Shown here: positions 1 to 8,565 of the stretch, piece by piece
Layout: each line of letters opens with the position of its first letter
How positions within the stretch are numbered: the stretch's first letter is position 1
From: a bacterium
Lineage (GTDB): Bacteria > Gemmatimonadota > Gemmatimonadetes > Gemmatimonadales > Gemmatimonadaceae
DNA: 64,000 bases
Reading direction: 5' to 3'
Assembly: GCA_039933415.1 (NCBI GenBank)
Contig: JBDTOD010000002.1
Span: 17,767-81,766, forward strand
The notes under the pieces: model-generated
What the model was told of the DNA's origin: nothing
The model's database searches: none
The model's input: the letters and a program-made list of their open reading frames with translations, nothing else
Translations under genes and position numbers: made by a program

Positions 1-726
1 ACCGGCACGAACGTGTCGGGCTTCATCCCGAAGATGGTCGACCACGTGCCGCACAACGAGGACGGCGTCGGCGGCATGCACGTCTACATGCCGTGGTGGC
101 TCGACAACAAGAAGCTCGACTTTCCGCGCGGCTATCACATCGAGGTCGGCGGAGGGTTGGGTCAGCCCTCGTACGGGTTCATGGGTGGGATCGACGCCTA
201 TCCGGGCGGCGGTGGCTACGGCGCGAAGCTCAAGGAGGATTATCGTCGCTACTACGGCGCGATGATCGGCTTCTCGGGTCGGGGAGAGCAGATCCCCAAC
301 GACAACTGCTACACCGAGATCGATGACACGACGGTGGACAAGTTCGGCATTCCCGTACTGAAGTTCCACTGGCAGTGGAGCGATCACGAGCTGAATCAGG
401 TGAAGCACATGCAGCAGACCTTCCGAGCGCTCATCGCCGAGCTGGGAGGCGAGCCCGCGTCCGACATGCCGACCAAGGAGCTGGGCTACGGCATCGCGGC
501 CGGCGGTCGCATCATCCACGAGCTCGGCGGCACGCGGATGGGAAGTGACCCGAAAACGTCCGCGCTCAACGCGAACTGTCAGGCGCACGACTGCAAGAAT
601 CTCTTCGTCGCCGACGGCGGGCCATTCGTCACCCAGGCCGACAAGAATCCCACGTGGACGATCCTCGCCCTCGCGTGGCGTACGGCCGACTACATCACGC
701 AGCAGCGCAAGGCGGGAGCCCTATGA
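1..726 (+). CDS. GMC family FAD oxidoreductase, C-terminal part (5' end lies outside the window)
   Basis: Frame-1 reading frame is open from base 1. The C-terminal region (HELGGTRMGSDPKTSALNANCQAHDCKNLFVADGGPF) parallels the C-terminus of the complete paralog at 4275-5990. The stop overlaps the next ATG (ATGA at 723-726). Confidence 0.85.
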   Translation, partial: TGTNVSGFIPKMVDHVPHNEDGVGGMHVYMPWWLDNKKLDFPRGYHIEVGGGLGQPSYGFMGGIDAYPGGGGYGAKLKEDYRRYYGAMIGFSGRGEQIPNDNCYTEIDDTTVDKFGIPVLKFHWQWSDHELNQVKHMQQTFRALIAELGGEPASDMPTKELGYGIAAGGRIIHELGGTRMGSDPKTSALNANCQAHDCKNLFVADGGPFVTQADKNPTWTILALAWRTADYITQQRKAGAL

Positions 727-1481
727 GCGACGAGCATGATGTGCCAGCGAATGAGCCGGACGCCGCGGCCAATGGTCCCGTGAGCCGCGGCGAACACAGT
801 GCGTCCGCGCCCGTCAGCCGGCGCGCGGCACTGCGAGTCCTCGGCGCCGTGCCGATTGCCGGTGCGCTCGGCTCGAGCATCGCGTGGGGACAGCAGGCGA
901 CGCCGCAGCAGGGGCAGTTGCCCAAGGGACACGAAGCGCCAGCGCAAGTCGCCCCGAAGGTCGGCCCGACCGGGTCGTCGGCGCCCAAGCACGGATTCTT
1001 CACGGCCGCCGAGTTTCGCACGGTCGGCGTGCTCGCCGACGACGTGATCCCGCGCGACGCGAAGTCCGGCAGCGCGACCGACGCAGGCGTGCCCGCGTTC
1101 ATCGATTTTCACCTCGGATTGCCCGAGACGATCGAGAGCGACCGCTACGCGATGCGTGGCGGACTCGCCTGGCTCAACACCGAGTCTCGCAAACGCTTCA
1201 AGAAGAACTACGCCACGCTCGTCACGGCGCAGCGTCATGAGATTCTCGACGACATCGCGTGGCCCGGAAAGTCCAAGCCGGAGTTCAGTCATGGCACGGC
1301 GTTCTTCACGCGCTTTCGCGACTTCGTCGGCATGGGCTTCTTTTCCAGCGCGATCGGCTGGAAGGATCTGCGCTACGAAGGAAATGTGTTCAATCCCGAT
1401 TGGCAGGGCTGTCCCGAATCGGCCATGAAGAAGCTCGGCGTGAGCTTCGCGGCGATGGACACGCGCATTCCGGTCGAATGA
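723..1481 (+). CDS. gluconate 2-dehydrogenase subunit 3-like small subunit with Tat signal
   Basis: Internal ATG at 723 is coupled to the upstream stop. Twin-arginine motif SRRAALRVLGAVPIAG. Paralog of 3524-4249 and adjacent to a GMC gene. Confidence 0.8.
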   Translation: MSDEHDVPANEPDAAANGPVSRGEHSASAPVSRRAALRVLGAVPIAGALGSSIAWGQQATPQQGQLPKGHEAPAQVAPKVGPTGSSAPKHGFFTAAEFRTVGVLADDVIPRDAKSGSATDAGVPAFIDFHLGLPETIESDRYAMRGGLAWLNTESRKRFKKNYATLVTAQRHEILDDIAWPGKSKPEFSHGTAFFTRFRDFVGMGFFSSAIGWKDLRYEGNVFNPDWQGCPESAMKKLGVSFAAMDTRIPVE

Positions 1482-2716
1482 CGGAGAAGCTCGGAGTCGG
1501 TTTCGTCGGCGGCGGGTTCAACACGCGCTTTCACATTCAAGGATTCACGAACATCCGCGACGCCGACGTGCTCGGTGTCTGGAGTCCCGAGCGCGACCGC
1601 GCCGACAGCGCCGCCGCGCTCGCGCGCGCGCTCGAGGTCGGCGACTGTCGCGCGTACGATTCCATCGAAGCGATGGTGGCGGATCCAAGGATCGACGCGA
1701 TCTGGATCTCCGGGCCGAACCACGCCCGCCTCGAGAACGTCGAAGCCATCGTGGCCGCGATCGAATCGGGTCGCGGCACCCTGCGCGGGCTCGCGTGCGA
1801 GAAGCCGCTCGCGCGCAATCTCGACGAAGCGATCCGCGTTCGTGATCTCGCCGCACGCGTCGGACTCGTGACGGGCTATCTCGAGAACCAGCTGTTCTCG
1901 CCGCACACGGAGACCGGGAAGAAGCTGCTCTGGGCGCGCGGCGCATCCGTCACCGGACGGCCGTATCTCGCCCGCGCCGCGGAAGAGCACAGTGGTCCGC
2001 ACTCGCCCTGGTTCTGGCAGGGCAAGCTCCAGGGCGGCGGCGTGCTCAACGACATGATGTGCCACTCGGCGCTGCTCGTGCGGCATCTGCTCACCAGGCC
2101 GGGCGAGCCGCTGTCGAGCGTGCGGCCGATCAAGGTGACGGGAAAGATCGCGAGCCTGAAGTGGTCGCGACCCGAATACGTGCGGGTGCTCGCCGAAACG
2201 ATGGGCAAGGAGGTCGACTATGCCCACACGCCGTCGGAGGATTTCGCCAGCATCAACATCGAGTTCCAGACGAGCGACGGGCATCGCGTGATGGGCGAAG
2301 CGAGCACATCGTGGAGCTACGTCGGGCCCGGTCTGCGTCTTTCGGCGGAGCTGCTCGGCCCCGAGTATTCAATGAAATGGAATTCGCTCGACTCGGGTCT
2401 CAACCTGTTCTTCTCCCGCGCGGTGCAGGGGAAGGCGGGCGAAGATCTGGTCGAGAAGCAGAACGCCGAGATCGGGATGATGCCCGTGGTTCCCATGGAA
2501 GCCGCCGTGTACGGGTACGAAGCCGAGGACCGGCACTTCGTGCGCGCGTTTCTCGGCAAGGAGCCGCCGCTACTCACCTTCGACGATGGCGTCGACGTCG
2601 TCGAGATGCTCATGACGGCATATCGCAGCGCGGAGGAAGAGCGGACCATCGCCTTCCCCTCGCCGGGAATTCGCGAGTTTCTTCCCGCCGTCGCGCGCGG
2701 TGCGTGGCGCCCGTGA
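1478..2716 (+). CDS. Gfo/Idh/MocA family oxidoreductase
   Basis: Start MTEKLGVGFVGGGFNTRFH has the Rossmann GxGxxG typical of the family. ATGA overlap with the upstream stop at 1478-1481. The longer ORF-track start at 1259 would overlap the previous gene. Confidence 0.85.
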   Translation: MTEKLGVGFVGGGFNTRFHIQGFTNIRDADVLGVWSPERDRADSAAALARALEVGDCRAYDSIEAMVADPRIDAIWISGPNHARLENVEAIVAAIESGRGTLRGLACEKPLARNLDEAIRVRDLAARVGLVTGYLENQLFSPHTETGKKLLWARGASVTGRPYLARAAEEHSGPHSPWFWQGKLQGGGVLNDMMCHSALLVRHLLTRPGEPLSSVRPIKVTGKIASLKWSRPEYVRVLAETMGKEVDYAHTPSEDFASINIEFQTSDGHRVMGEASTSWSYVGPGLRLSAELLGPEYSMKWNSLDSGLNLFFSRAVQGKAGEDLVEKQNAEIGMMPVVPMEAAVYGYEAEDRHFVRAFLGKEPPLLTFDDGVDVVEMLMTAYRSAEEERTIAFPSPGIREFLPAVARGAWRP

Positions 2717-2799
2717 GCGCTGCGGAGTTCGACGTATCGTGCACCGAGCCGGGCGGACCAATCCGTTCGGACAACCAGACACCCTTTCGAGTCTTGCAT

Positions 2800-3492
2800 A
2801 TGAAGCGCTACGCTCTCGCTACGCTCGCCATCGCCGCGACCATCTCCCTCGCTGTGCCGGATATCTCGCGCGCGCAGGCCGCCGAGAAAGCCGCTCCGGC
2901 TTGGCGCAACCTCCTCGAGCCCTCGTTGGGTGCCTGGCGCGGCTACAAGGAGCAGGGACTGCCGAAGCAGTGGACCGTCAAGGACGGTGTCCTCTCGAAG
3001 TCGACCAGCGCGAACGACCTGATCACGAAGGACGAGTTCCAGAACTTCGAGCTCGTATGGGATTGGAAGCTGCAGCCAGGCGGCAACGCGGGCGTGTTTT
3101 ACCACGGCAACGAGGAGGCGGAGAAGATCTACTTCACCGGCCCGGAGTATCAGCTCCTCGACGATGCACGTCACCCCGACGGCAAGAGTCGTCTCACCGC
3201 GGCCGGCTCGGACTACGCGCTCTACCCCGTGGCGGCCGGCATTGTGAAGGCCGCCAACCATTGGAACAGTTCGCGAATCATCGTGCGCGGCAAGCACGTG
3301 GAGCACTGGCTCAATGGCAAGAAAGTCGTCACGTACGAGCTCGGCAGCGCGGACTGGGAGAAGCGGCTGAAGGCGAGCAAGTTCGGCACAGCGGCCCACT
3401 ATGGTCGGCTCGAGCGCGGACACATCGGCATCCAGGGCGACCACGACGGAACGCTATGGATTCGCAACATGAAGATCCGCGTGCTCCCCTGA
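2800..3492 (+). CDS. DUF1080 (3-keto-disaccharide hydrolase-like) secreted protein
   Basis: MKRYALATLAIAATISLAVPDISRAQA is a Sec signal. The body (WTVKDGVL, ITKDEFQNFELVWDWK, GNAGVFY, EYQLLDD, HIGIQGDHDG, IRNMKI) matches the DUF1080 layout. Confidence 0.85.
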   Translation: MKRYALATLAIAATISLAVPDISRAQAAEKAAPAWRNLLEPSLGAWRGYKEQGLPKQWTVKDGVLSKSTSANDLITKDEFQNFELVWDWKLQPGGNAGVFYHGNEEAEKIYFTGPEYQLLDDARHPDGKSRLTAAGSDYALYPVAAGIVKAANHWNSSRIIVRGKHVEHWLNGKKVVTYELGSADWEKRLKASKFGTAAHYGRLERGHIGIQGDHDGTLWIRNMKIRVLP

Positions 3493-3523
3493 ACACCACT
3501 CCTTCATCATCATGAGACGGTAG

Positions 3524-4249
3524 ATGAGCGAAGCAAACGACATCACCCGGCGTGAGGCACTCGCCCGCACCGCCATCCTGCTTGGCGGTACGCTCGCGGC
3601 CTCCTCGATCGCCGGCGCGCAGAGCGGAACGGCGTGGCTGACGCCGTCCGCCCAGTGGCGCGCGCGCACCCTCTCCGCGTCGCAGCTCGACCTCGTGTCG
3701 ACGCTCGCGGAGCACATCATCCCGCGTACGAATACGCCGGGCGCTCGCGACGCCGGCGTCGAGCGGTTCATCGACGCGATCCTCACCGACTACTACGCCG
3801 CGGAAGAGCGGCAGCGCTTCGTGACCGGGCTCGCCGACATGGACGCGCGCGCGCAGAAGGCGCACGGCGTGGCGTTCCTCAAGACGACGAAGGCGCAGCA
3901 GATGGCGTTGCTCACGGCACTCGACGCGGAGTCGTATCCGCCGCAGCAGCTGTTGGCGAAGGCGGAGCCGCTCAGCAGCGAGCGGCAGCGAATGCGGGAC
4001 TCTCTCGCCCGGCAAGCGAGCACCGGTCCCACCATCAGCGACCCGACACGTGCGGCCGCGGATGCGGCGGGCGATCCGGCCGCACGCCGAGAGCTGCAGA
4101 AAGGCTGGTTCTTTCGCCGCGTGAAGGAGCTCACCTTGCTCGGCTACTACACCTCCGAGGCCGGAGCCATGACGGAGCTCAAGGTGAATCCGATGGGCGT
4201 CTATCGTGGCGACATTCCCTACCGCAGCATCGGCCACTCGTGGGCCTGA
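3524..4249 (+). CDS. gluconate 2-dehydrogenase subunit 3-like small subunit with Tat signal
   Basis: TRREALARTAILLGGTLAASSIAGAQ Tat-type leader. Sits immediately upstream of a GMC catalytic gene. Paralog of 723-1481. Confidence 0.8.
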   Translation: MSEANDITRREALARTAILLGGTLAASSIAGAQSGTAWLTPSAQWRARTLSASQLDLVSTLAEHIIPRTNTPGARDAGVERFIDAILTDYYAAEERQRFVTGLADMDARAQKAHGVAFLKTTKAQQMALLTALDAESYPPQQLLAKAEPLSSERQRMRDSLARQASTGPTISDPTRAAADAAGDPAARRELQKGWFFRRVKELTLLGYYTSEAGAMTELKVNPMGVYRGDIPYRSIGHSWA

Positions 4250-4274
4250 CGCTCCTCTCATCGAGTCGCACAAC

Positions 4275-5990
4275 ATGACTGACAAGCAGCAGGACGAGTA
4301 CGACGCGATCGTCATCGGCAGTGGGATCAGCGGCGGGTGGGCCGCGAAGGAGCTCACCGAAAAGGGACTGCGCACGCTCATGATCGAGCGCGGCCGCGAG
4401 GTGGTGCACGGCAAGGACTACGTGACGGAGCACAAGAACACGTGGGAGATGCCGCTCCGCAACGCGCGACTCGCGCCGGACAAGCAGGGCGCGGAGGACT
4501 ATCCGGTGCAATCGCGCACTGGCCAGTTCCGCGAAGCGACGAAGCACCTCTACCTCCGAGACACCAAGCAGCCGTACGAGGAAGTCAAGCCATTCACCTG
4601 GATCCAGGGTGATCAGGTGGGTGGCAAGTCGCTCATCTGGGGCCGACAGGTGTATCGGTGGAGCGACCTCGATTTCGAAGCGAACCTGAAGGACGGCACT
4701 GCGCCCGACTGGCCGATTCGCTACACGGACATCGCGCCGTGGTACAGCTATGTCGAGAAGCACGTTGGCGTGAGCGGCGAGCGCCTCGGCCTCCCGCATC
4801 TCCCCGACGGCGAGTTTCTGTCGCCGATGCAGATGAACGCGGGCGAGAAGTTCGTGAAGGCCGGTATCGAGCGGCACTTCAACGGCCGCCACGTGACGAT
4901 CGGCCGCGTTGCGATCCTGACCGCGAACCACAAGGGTCGCGCCGCCTGTCACTACTGTGGCCCGTGCGACCGTGGGTGCTCCACCGGATCGTACTTCTCT
5001 ACCCAGTCGTCCACGCTGCCCCCCGCGATGGCGACGGGCCGGCTGACCGTGCTGCCCGACTCCATCGTGCATTCCCTCGTCTACGATGCGAAGACGCATC
5101 GTGTCTCCGGCGTGCGCGTGGTGAGCACGACGACGAAGGCGACGCGCGAGTACAAGGCCAAGGTCGTCTTCCTCTGCGCCTCGACGCTCGGCAGCGCGCG
5201 CATCCTGCTCAACTCCAAGTCGTCGACCTTCCCCGAAGGCATCGCCAACTCCAGCGGCGTCGTCGGACACAATCTCATGGACCATCACTTCCGCGCCGGC
5301 GCATCGGGCCGGATCGACGGACTGAACGACCACTACTATCAGGGCAATCGTCCCAACGGCATCTACATCCCTCGGTTCCGCAACCTTGCCGACGCGGCGA
5401 CGAAAAAGGAGTTCGTCCGCGGCTTCGGCTATCAGGGCGCTGCGTCGCGCGAAGGGTGGGGACGTGGCGCCTCCGCCCCCGGCATCGGTGTCGCGCTCAA
5501 GCGGCGCCTGCACGACGCTGGCGGTTGGCTCATGAGCATCACCGGATTCGGCGAGGCGCTGCCACGCCACGAGAATTTCGTCGCGCTCTCCGACAAGACT
5601 GACGAGTTCGGAATTCCGATCCTGCGCATCGACTGCAGCTGGGGTCCGAACGAGCTCGCCATGCGCAAGGACATGCAGCAGTCGGCGGTCGAGATGCTCG
5701 AGGCGGCGGGATGCAAGAACGTCGTCGGCAACGACGACAACAAGCCCGGTGGGCTCGGCGCCGAACCCGGCCTCGGCATCCACGAGATGGGAACGGCTCG
5801 CATGGGACGCGATCCGAAGACGTCGGCGCTCAACCAGTGGAACCAGGCGCACGACGTTCCGAACCTGTTCGTCACCGACGGCTCGGCGATGGCCAGCTCG
5901 TCGTGCGTCAATCCTTCCATCACCTACATGGCTCTCACGGCGCGCGCGGTCGACCACGCGGTGCGTGAGATGAAAGCGAGGAACATCTGA
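4275..5990 (+). CDS. GMC family FAD-dependent oxidoreductase (catalytic subunit, no signal peptide)
   Basis: Starts MTDKQQDEYDAIVIGSGISGGWAAKEL (FAD GxGxxG at the extreme N-terminus). C-terminal GMC region HEMGTARMGRDPKTSALNQWNQAHDVPNLFVTDGS. Confidence 0.9.
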   Translation: MTDKQQDEYDAIVIGSGISGGWAAKELTEKGLRTLMIERGREVVHGKDYVTEHKNTWEMPLRNARLAPDKQGAEDYPVQSRTGQFREATKHLYLRDTKQPYEEVKPFTWIQGDQVGGKSLIWGRQVYRWSDLDFEANLKDGTAPDWPIRYTDIAPWYSYVEKHVGVSGERLGLPHLPDGEFLSPMQMNAGEKFVKAGIERHFNGRHVTIGRVAILTANHKGRAACHYCGPCDRGCSTGSYFSTQSSTLPPAMATGRLTVLPDSIVHSLVYDAKTHRVSGVRVVSTTTKATREYKAKVVFLCASTLGSARILLNSKSSTFPEGIANSSGVVGHNLMDHHFRAGASGRIDGLNDHYYQGNRPNGIYIPRFRNLADAATKKEFVRGFGYQGAASREGWGRGASAPGIGVALKRRLHDAGGWLMSITGFGEALPRHENFVALSDKTDEFGIPILRIDCSWGPNELAMRKDMQQSAVEMLEAAGCKNVVGNDDNKPGGLGAEPGLGIHEMGTARMGRDPKTSALNQWNQAHDVPNLFVTDGSAMASSSCVNPSITYMALTARAVDHAVREMKARNI

Positions 5991-5991
5991 C

Positions 5992-6870
5992 ATGGATCGC
6001 CGGAAATTCTTCAAGGTCAGCGGCGCCGCCGGTGCGGCCGTGGTCTGGGGCGGAAGCCTCGCGGGCTGCGCCACCTCGGGCGTCGCGACGGCATCACCTG
6101 CCTCTGGCCCGTTTCCACTCTCGTCGGTCGGCCTTCAGCTCTACACGGTGCGCAACCTCGCCGACAAGGATCTCGACGGCACCATGGCGGCAGTCGCTGC
6201 CGCGGGCTATCCGCTGGTGGAGACGCACTCGCTGTACGGAAAATCAGCCAGAGACCTTCGCGCGATCCTCGACAAGCACGGACTCCGCACCGCGTCCGGT
6301 CACTATGGGCTCGCGGAGCTCGAGAGCACTCCGGACACGGTGTTCGCCACGGCGAACACGCTCGGTCAGGAGTTCGTCGTGCTCAACTGGCTCGATCCGG
6401 CGCATCGCAGCGCCGAGTTCTATCGCGGCTTCCCCGCGCTGCTCAACAAGTTCGGTGCGCAGGCCAAGGCCGCTGGCCTGAAGTTCGCGCACCACAATCA
6501 CGACTTCGAGTTCGATATGCTCGGCGGCACGACCCCGGTGATCGAGACGGTGATCGCCAACACCGATCCCGCGCTCGTGTCGTTCGAGGTGGATCTGTAC
6601 TGGGTGTACAAGGCGGGCGCCGATCCGCTGCGCTTCGTGGAGCGCCACGCGGGTCGCGTCGCGATGGTGCATCTCAAGGACAGCACCCCCGCGCCGCAGA
6701 AGGCGATGGCCGACGTGGGGAGCGGCGTGATCGACTTCGGAAAGGTGCTCGACGCGGCGAAGCGGACCAACGTGCGGTATGCCTACGTCGAGCGCGACGA
6801 CGCGACCGATGCGTTGGGAAGCATTCGTAACAGCCGCGCCTTCCTCGGCACCTTGTTGGCCGCTCGCTAG
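5992..6870 (+). CDS. xylose isomerase-like TIM-barrel protein (sugar phosphate isomerase/epimerase family) with Tat/lipoprotein-like leader
   Basis: MDRRKFFKVSGAAGAAVVWGGSLAGC leader. Starts 1 nt after the GMC stop. Body has AP-endonuclease-2/xylose-isomerase-like motifs (FAHHNHDFEF, VHLKD). Confidence 0.8.
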   Translation: MDRRKFFKVSGAAGAAVVWGGSLAGCATSGVATASPASGPFPLSSVGLQLYTVRNLADKDLDGTMAAVAAAGYPLVETHSLYGKSARDLRAILDKHGLRTASGHYGLAELESTPDTVFATANTLGQEFVVLNWLDPAHRSAEFYRGFPALLNKFGAQAKAAGLKFAHHNHDFEFDMLGGTTPVIETVIANTDPALVSFEVDLYWVYKAGADPLRFVERHAGRVAMVHLKDSTPAPQKAMADVGSGVIDFGKVLDAAKRTNVRYAYVERDDATDALGSIRNSRAFLGTLLAAR

Positions 6871-6875
6871 CCGCC

Positions 6876-6927
6876 GGGGTCAGAGCCCGGGGTCAGAGCC
6901 CGGGGTCAGAGCCCGGGCTCTGACCCC
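6876..6927. repeat. three tandem GGGGTCAGAGCCC units followed by one inverted unit (26-nt perfect palindrome), probable terminator/REP-like element
   Basis: Read directly. Units at 6876-6888, 6889-6901 and 6902-6914, with the inverted copy GGGCTCTGACCCC at 6915-6927. Lies between two same-strand genes. Confidence 0.8.
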
Positions 6928-7010
6928 ATTCTGCCCACGTGGCAGCGAGGCGACTTTTTCTGTATCGTCCCATGTCGAATCTCGAGACGGATGGGTCCGT
7001 GCATCACGAC

Positions 7011-8498
7011 ATGAGACAGCACGTGAAGTCTTCGGCGCGTCGCGTCGCACTCGCCGTTGCGCTCGTCGCGATGACGCTCGTCGGACGTTCCACAGCCCTT
7101 GCCGCGCAAGCGGCCGTCACCGGCGCAGTGCGAGACAGCCTTGCCGGCGCGCCACTGGCTGGTGCGCGAGTGGAGCTTGTGTCCGCCGCCGACCCGAGCG
7201 CCGGTCGACGCGCGATCGAGACGGACGCCGAAGGCCGCTATCGCATCGACGACGTCGCACCTGGCCGGTACCTGATTGGATTTCTCCATCAGCGGCTCGA
7301 TGTGCTCGGACTCCAGATTGAGCTTCCGCCGGTCGAGGTACATCGCGCCGATACCCTCGTGCGTGTGGACCTCGCGGTTCCGGGCGCGCGCTCGATGAGC
7401 CATGTCGTGTGCGGCGTGCGCGCCGACTCGAGCGCGGTAGGCCTGCTCATGGGCCGCGTGGTGAGGGCGGAAACGCGCGAGGCGGCAGACCGCGGACGTG
7501 TCACCGCGCGTTGGCGGGAGCTGCTCGTGAGTCGCAATGGCGCGCAGTGGCGCGATCGTGAGATCACCGCCGAGGCCGACGACGCAGGCCGCTTTGTGGC
7601 GTGCGGTCTACCGACGAACGTGCCGCTTGCGATTCTCGCGACGTCCGGTACCACCCGCAGTGGTGAGGTCGAGCTCATCGTGCCGGAGACGGGAGTGCTC
7701 GAGCGCGACCTGCTCATCGCCGAGCCGATGGCGGCGTCGGACAGCGCGCCGAGCGGCGTCGCCTCGGTTGCGCTGGTACAACCCGCTCCGGCGCGTCGCT
7801 ACGCTCGGCTCACCGGGCACGTGCGCCGCGAGGCGCGCGACGAGCGAGTCAGCGCGCAGGTCGCCATCCGCGGGAGCGATGGCGCCGAGCGCATGGCCGT
7901 GACCGATGCCGACGGCGCCTTCGCGCTCGACGAGCTTCCGGCGGGCACGAGAATGCTCGAGGTGCGCGCAATCGGATACCAGCCCAAGCACGTCGTTGTG
8001 GATCTCGTCGCCGGCGAGACGACCGCATTGGACGTCGTGCTCGACAATCACGTCCCGGTGCTCGACACCCTGCGTGTGCGCGCGCGTGAGCCCGAGCGCG
8101 ACTGGACCGGCTTCACGGAGCGCTCGCGCGGACCGTTCGGCTCCTTCATGAACGAGGCGCGCATCAAGTCGATGCGGCTCACGACGGCGACCGATCTGCT
8201 GCGCACGATGCCCGGAGTGCAGATCATCCCCACCGTGTCGGCTCGCGGCGGGATCATCACCACGCGCGGCGCCAATCTCTTCAACACGCCGTGCATGCCC
8301 GACGTGTACGTGGATGGCGTGCAGGTGCCGGACGGCGCCGCCTCCCTCGATCTGTATGCGCGACCGACGGAGCTGGTCGGGATCGAGCTGTACGTCGATA
8401 TGGCCAGCGTGCCGGTGCAGTACCACCGCGGCGCATGTGGGGCCGTGGTGGTGTGGACGCGGAATCGGCCATCACCAGCCGCGCACCCGTCGCGCTGA
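7011..8498 (+). CDS. carboxypeptidase-regulatory-like domain protein with TonB-receptor plug-like C-terminus
   Basis: Signal-like MRQHVKSSARRVALAVALVAMTLVGRSTALAAQ. Repeated G.V.D....PL.GA.V..... motifs (CarboxypepD_reg-like). C-terminal DLLRTMPGVQ ... VDGV plug-like segment with no barrel. Start is uncertain (6939, 6972 or 7011). Confidence 0.65.
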   Translation: MRQHVKSSARRVALAVALVAMTLVGRSTALAAQAAVTGAVRDSLAGAPLAGARVELVSAADPSAGRRAIETDAEGRYRIDDVAPGRYLIGFLHQRLDVLGLQIELPPVEVHRADTLVRVDLAVPGARSMSHVVCGVRADSSAVGLLMGRVVRAETREAADRGRVTARWRELLVSRNGAQWRDREITAEADDAGRFVACGLPTNVPLAILATSGTTRSGEVELIVPETGVLERDLLIAEPMAASDSAPSGVASVALVQPAPARRYARLTGHVRREARDERVSAQVAIRGSDGAERMAVTDADGAFALDELPAGTRMLEVRAIGYQPKHVVVDLVAGETTALDVVLDNHVPVLDTLRVRAREPERDWTGFTERSRGPFGSFMNEARIKSMRLTTATDLLRTMPGVQIIPTVSARGGIITTRGANLFNTPCMPDVYVDGVQVPDGAASLDLYARPTELVGIELYVDMASVPVQYHRGACGAVVVWTRNRPSPAAHPSR

Positions 8499-8565
8499 GG
8501 CGTCGACTTCGTGTCAACGCGATCAAGGCGAAACCCGTGAAAGAAGAGGGGCCACGCGCTGCGAG

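Noticed and set aside
4179-6074. Very long antisense or off-frame ORFs throughout the track (for example 4179-6074 -, 8314-10368 +, 8048-10756 -, 15008-16987 -, 19017-20762 -, 25955-28060 +, 35388-37088 +, 38552-40408 +, 47760-48554 +).
   Set aside because: Their translations are Arg/Ala/Gly/Pro-rich low-complexity strings with no recognisable motifs. They sit opposite or out of frame to genes with clear family signatures. Stop-codon-poor alternative frames are expected in DNA this GC-rich.
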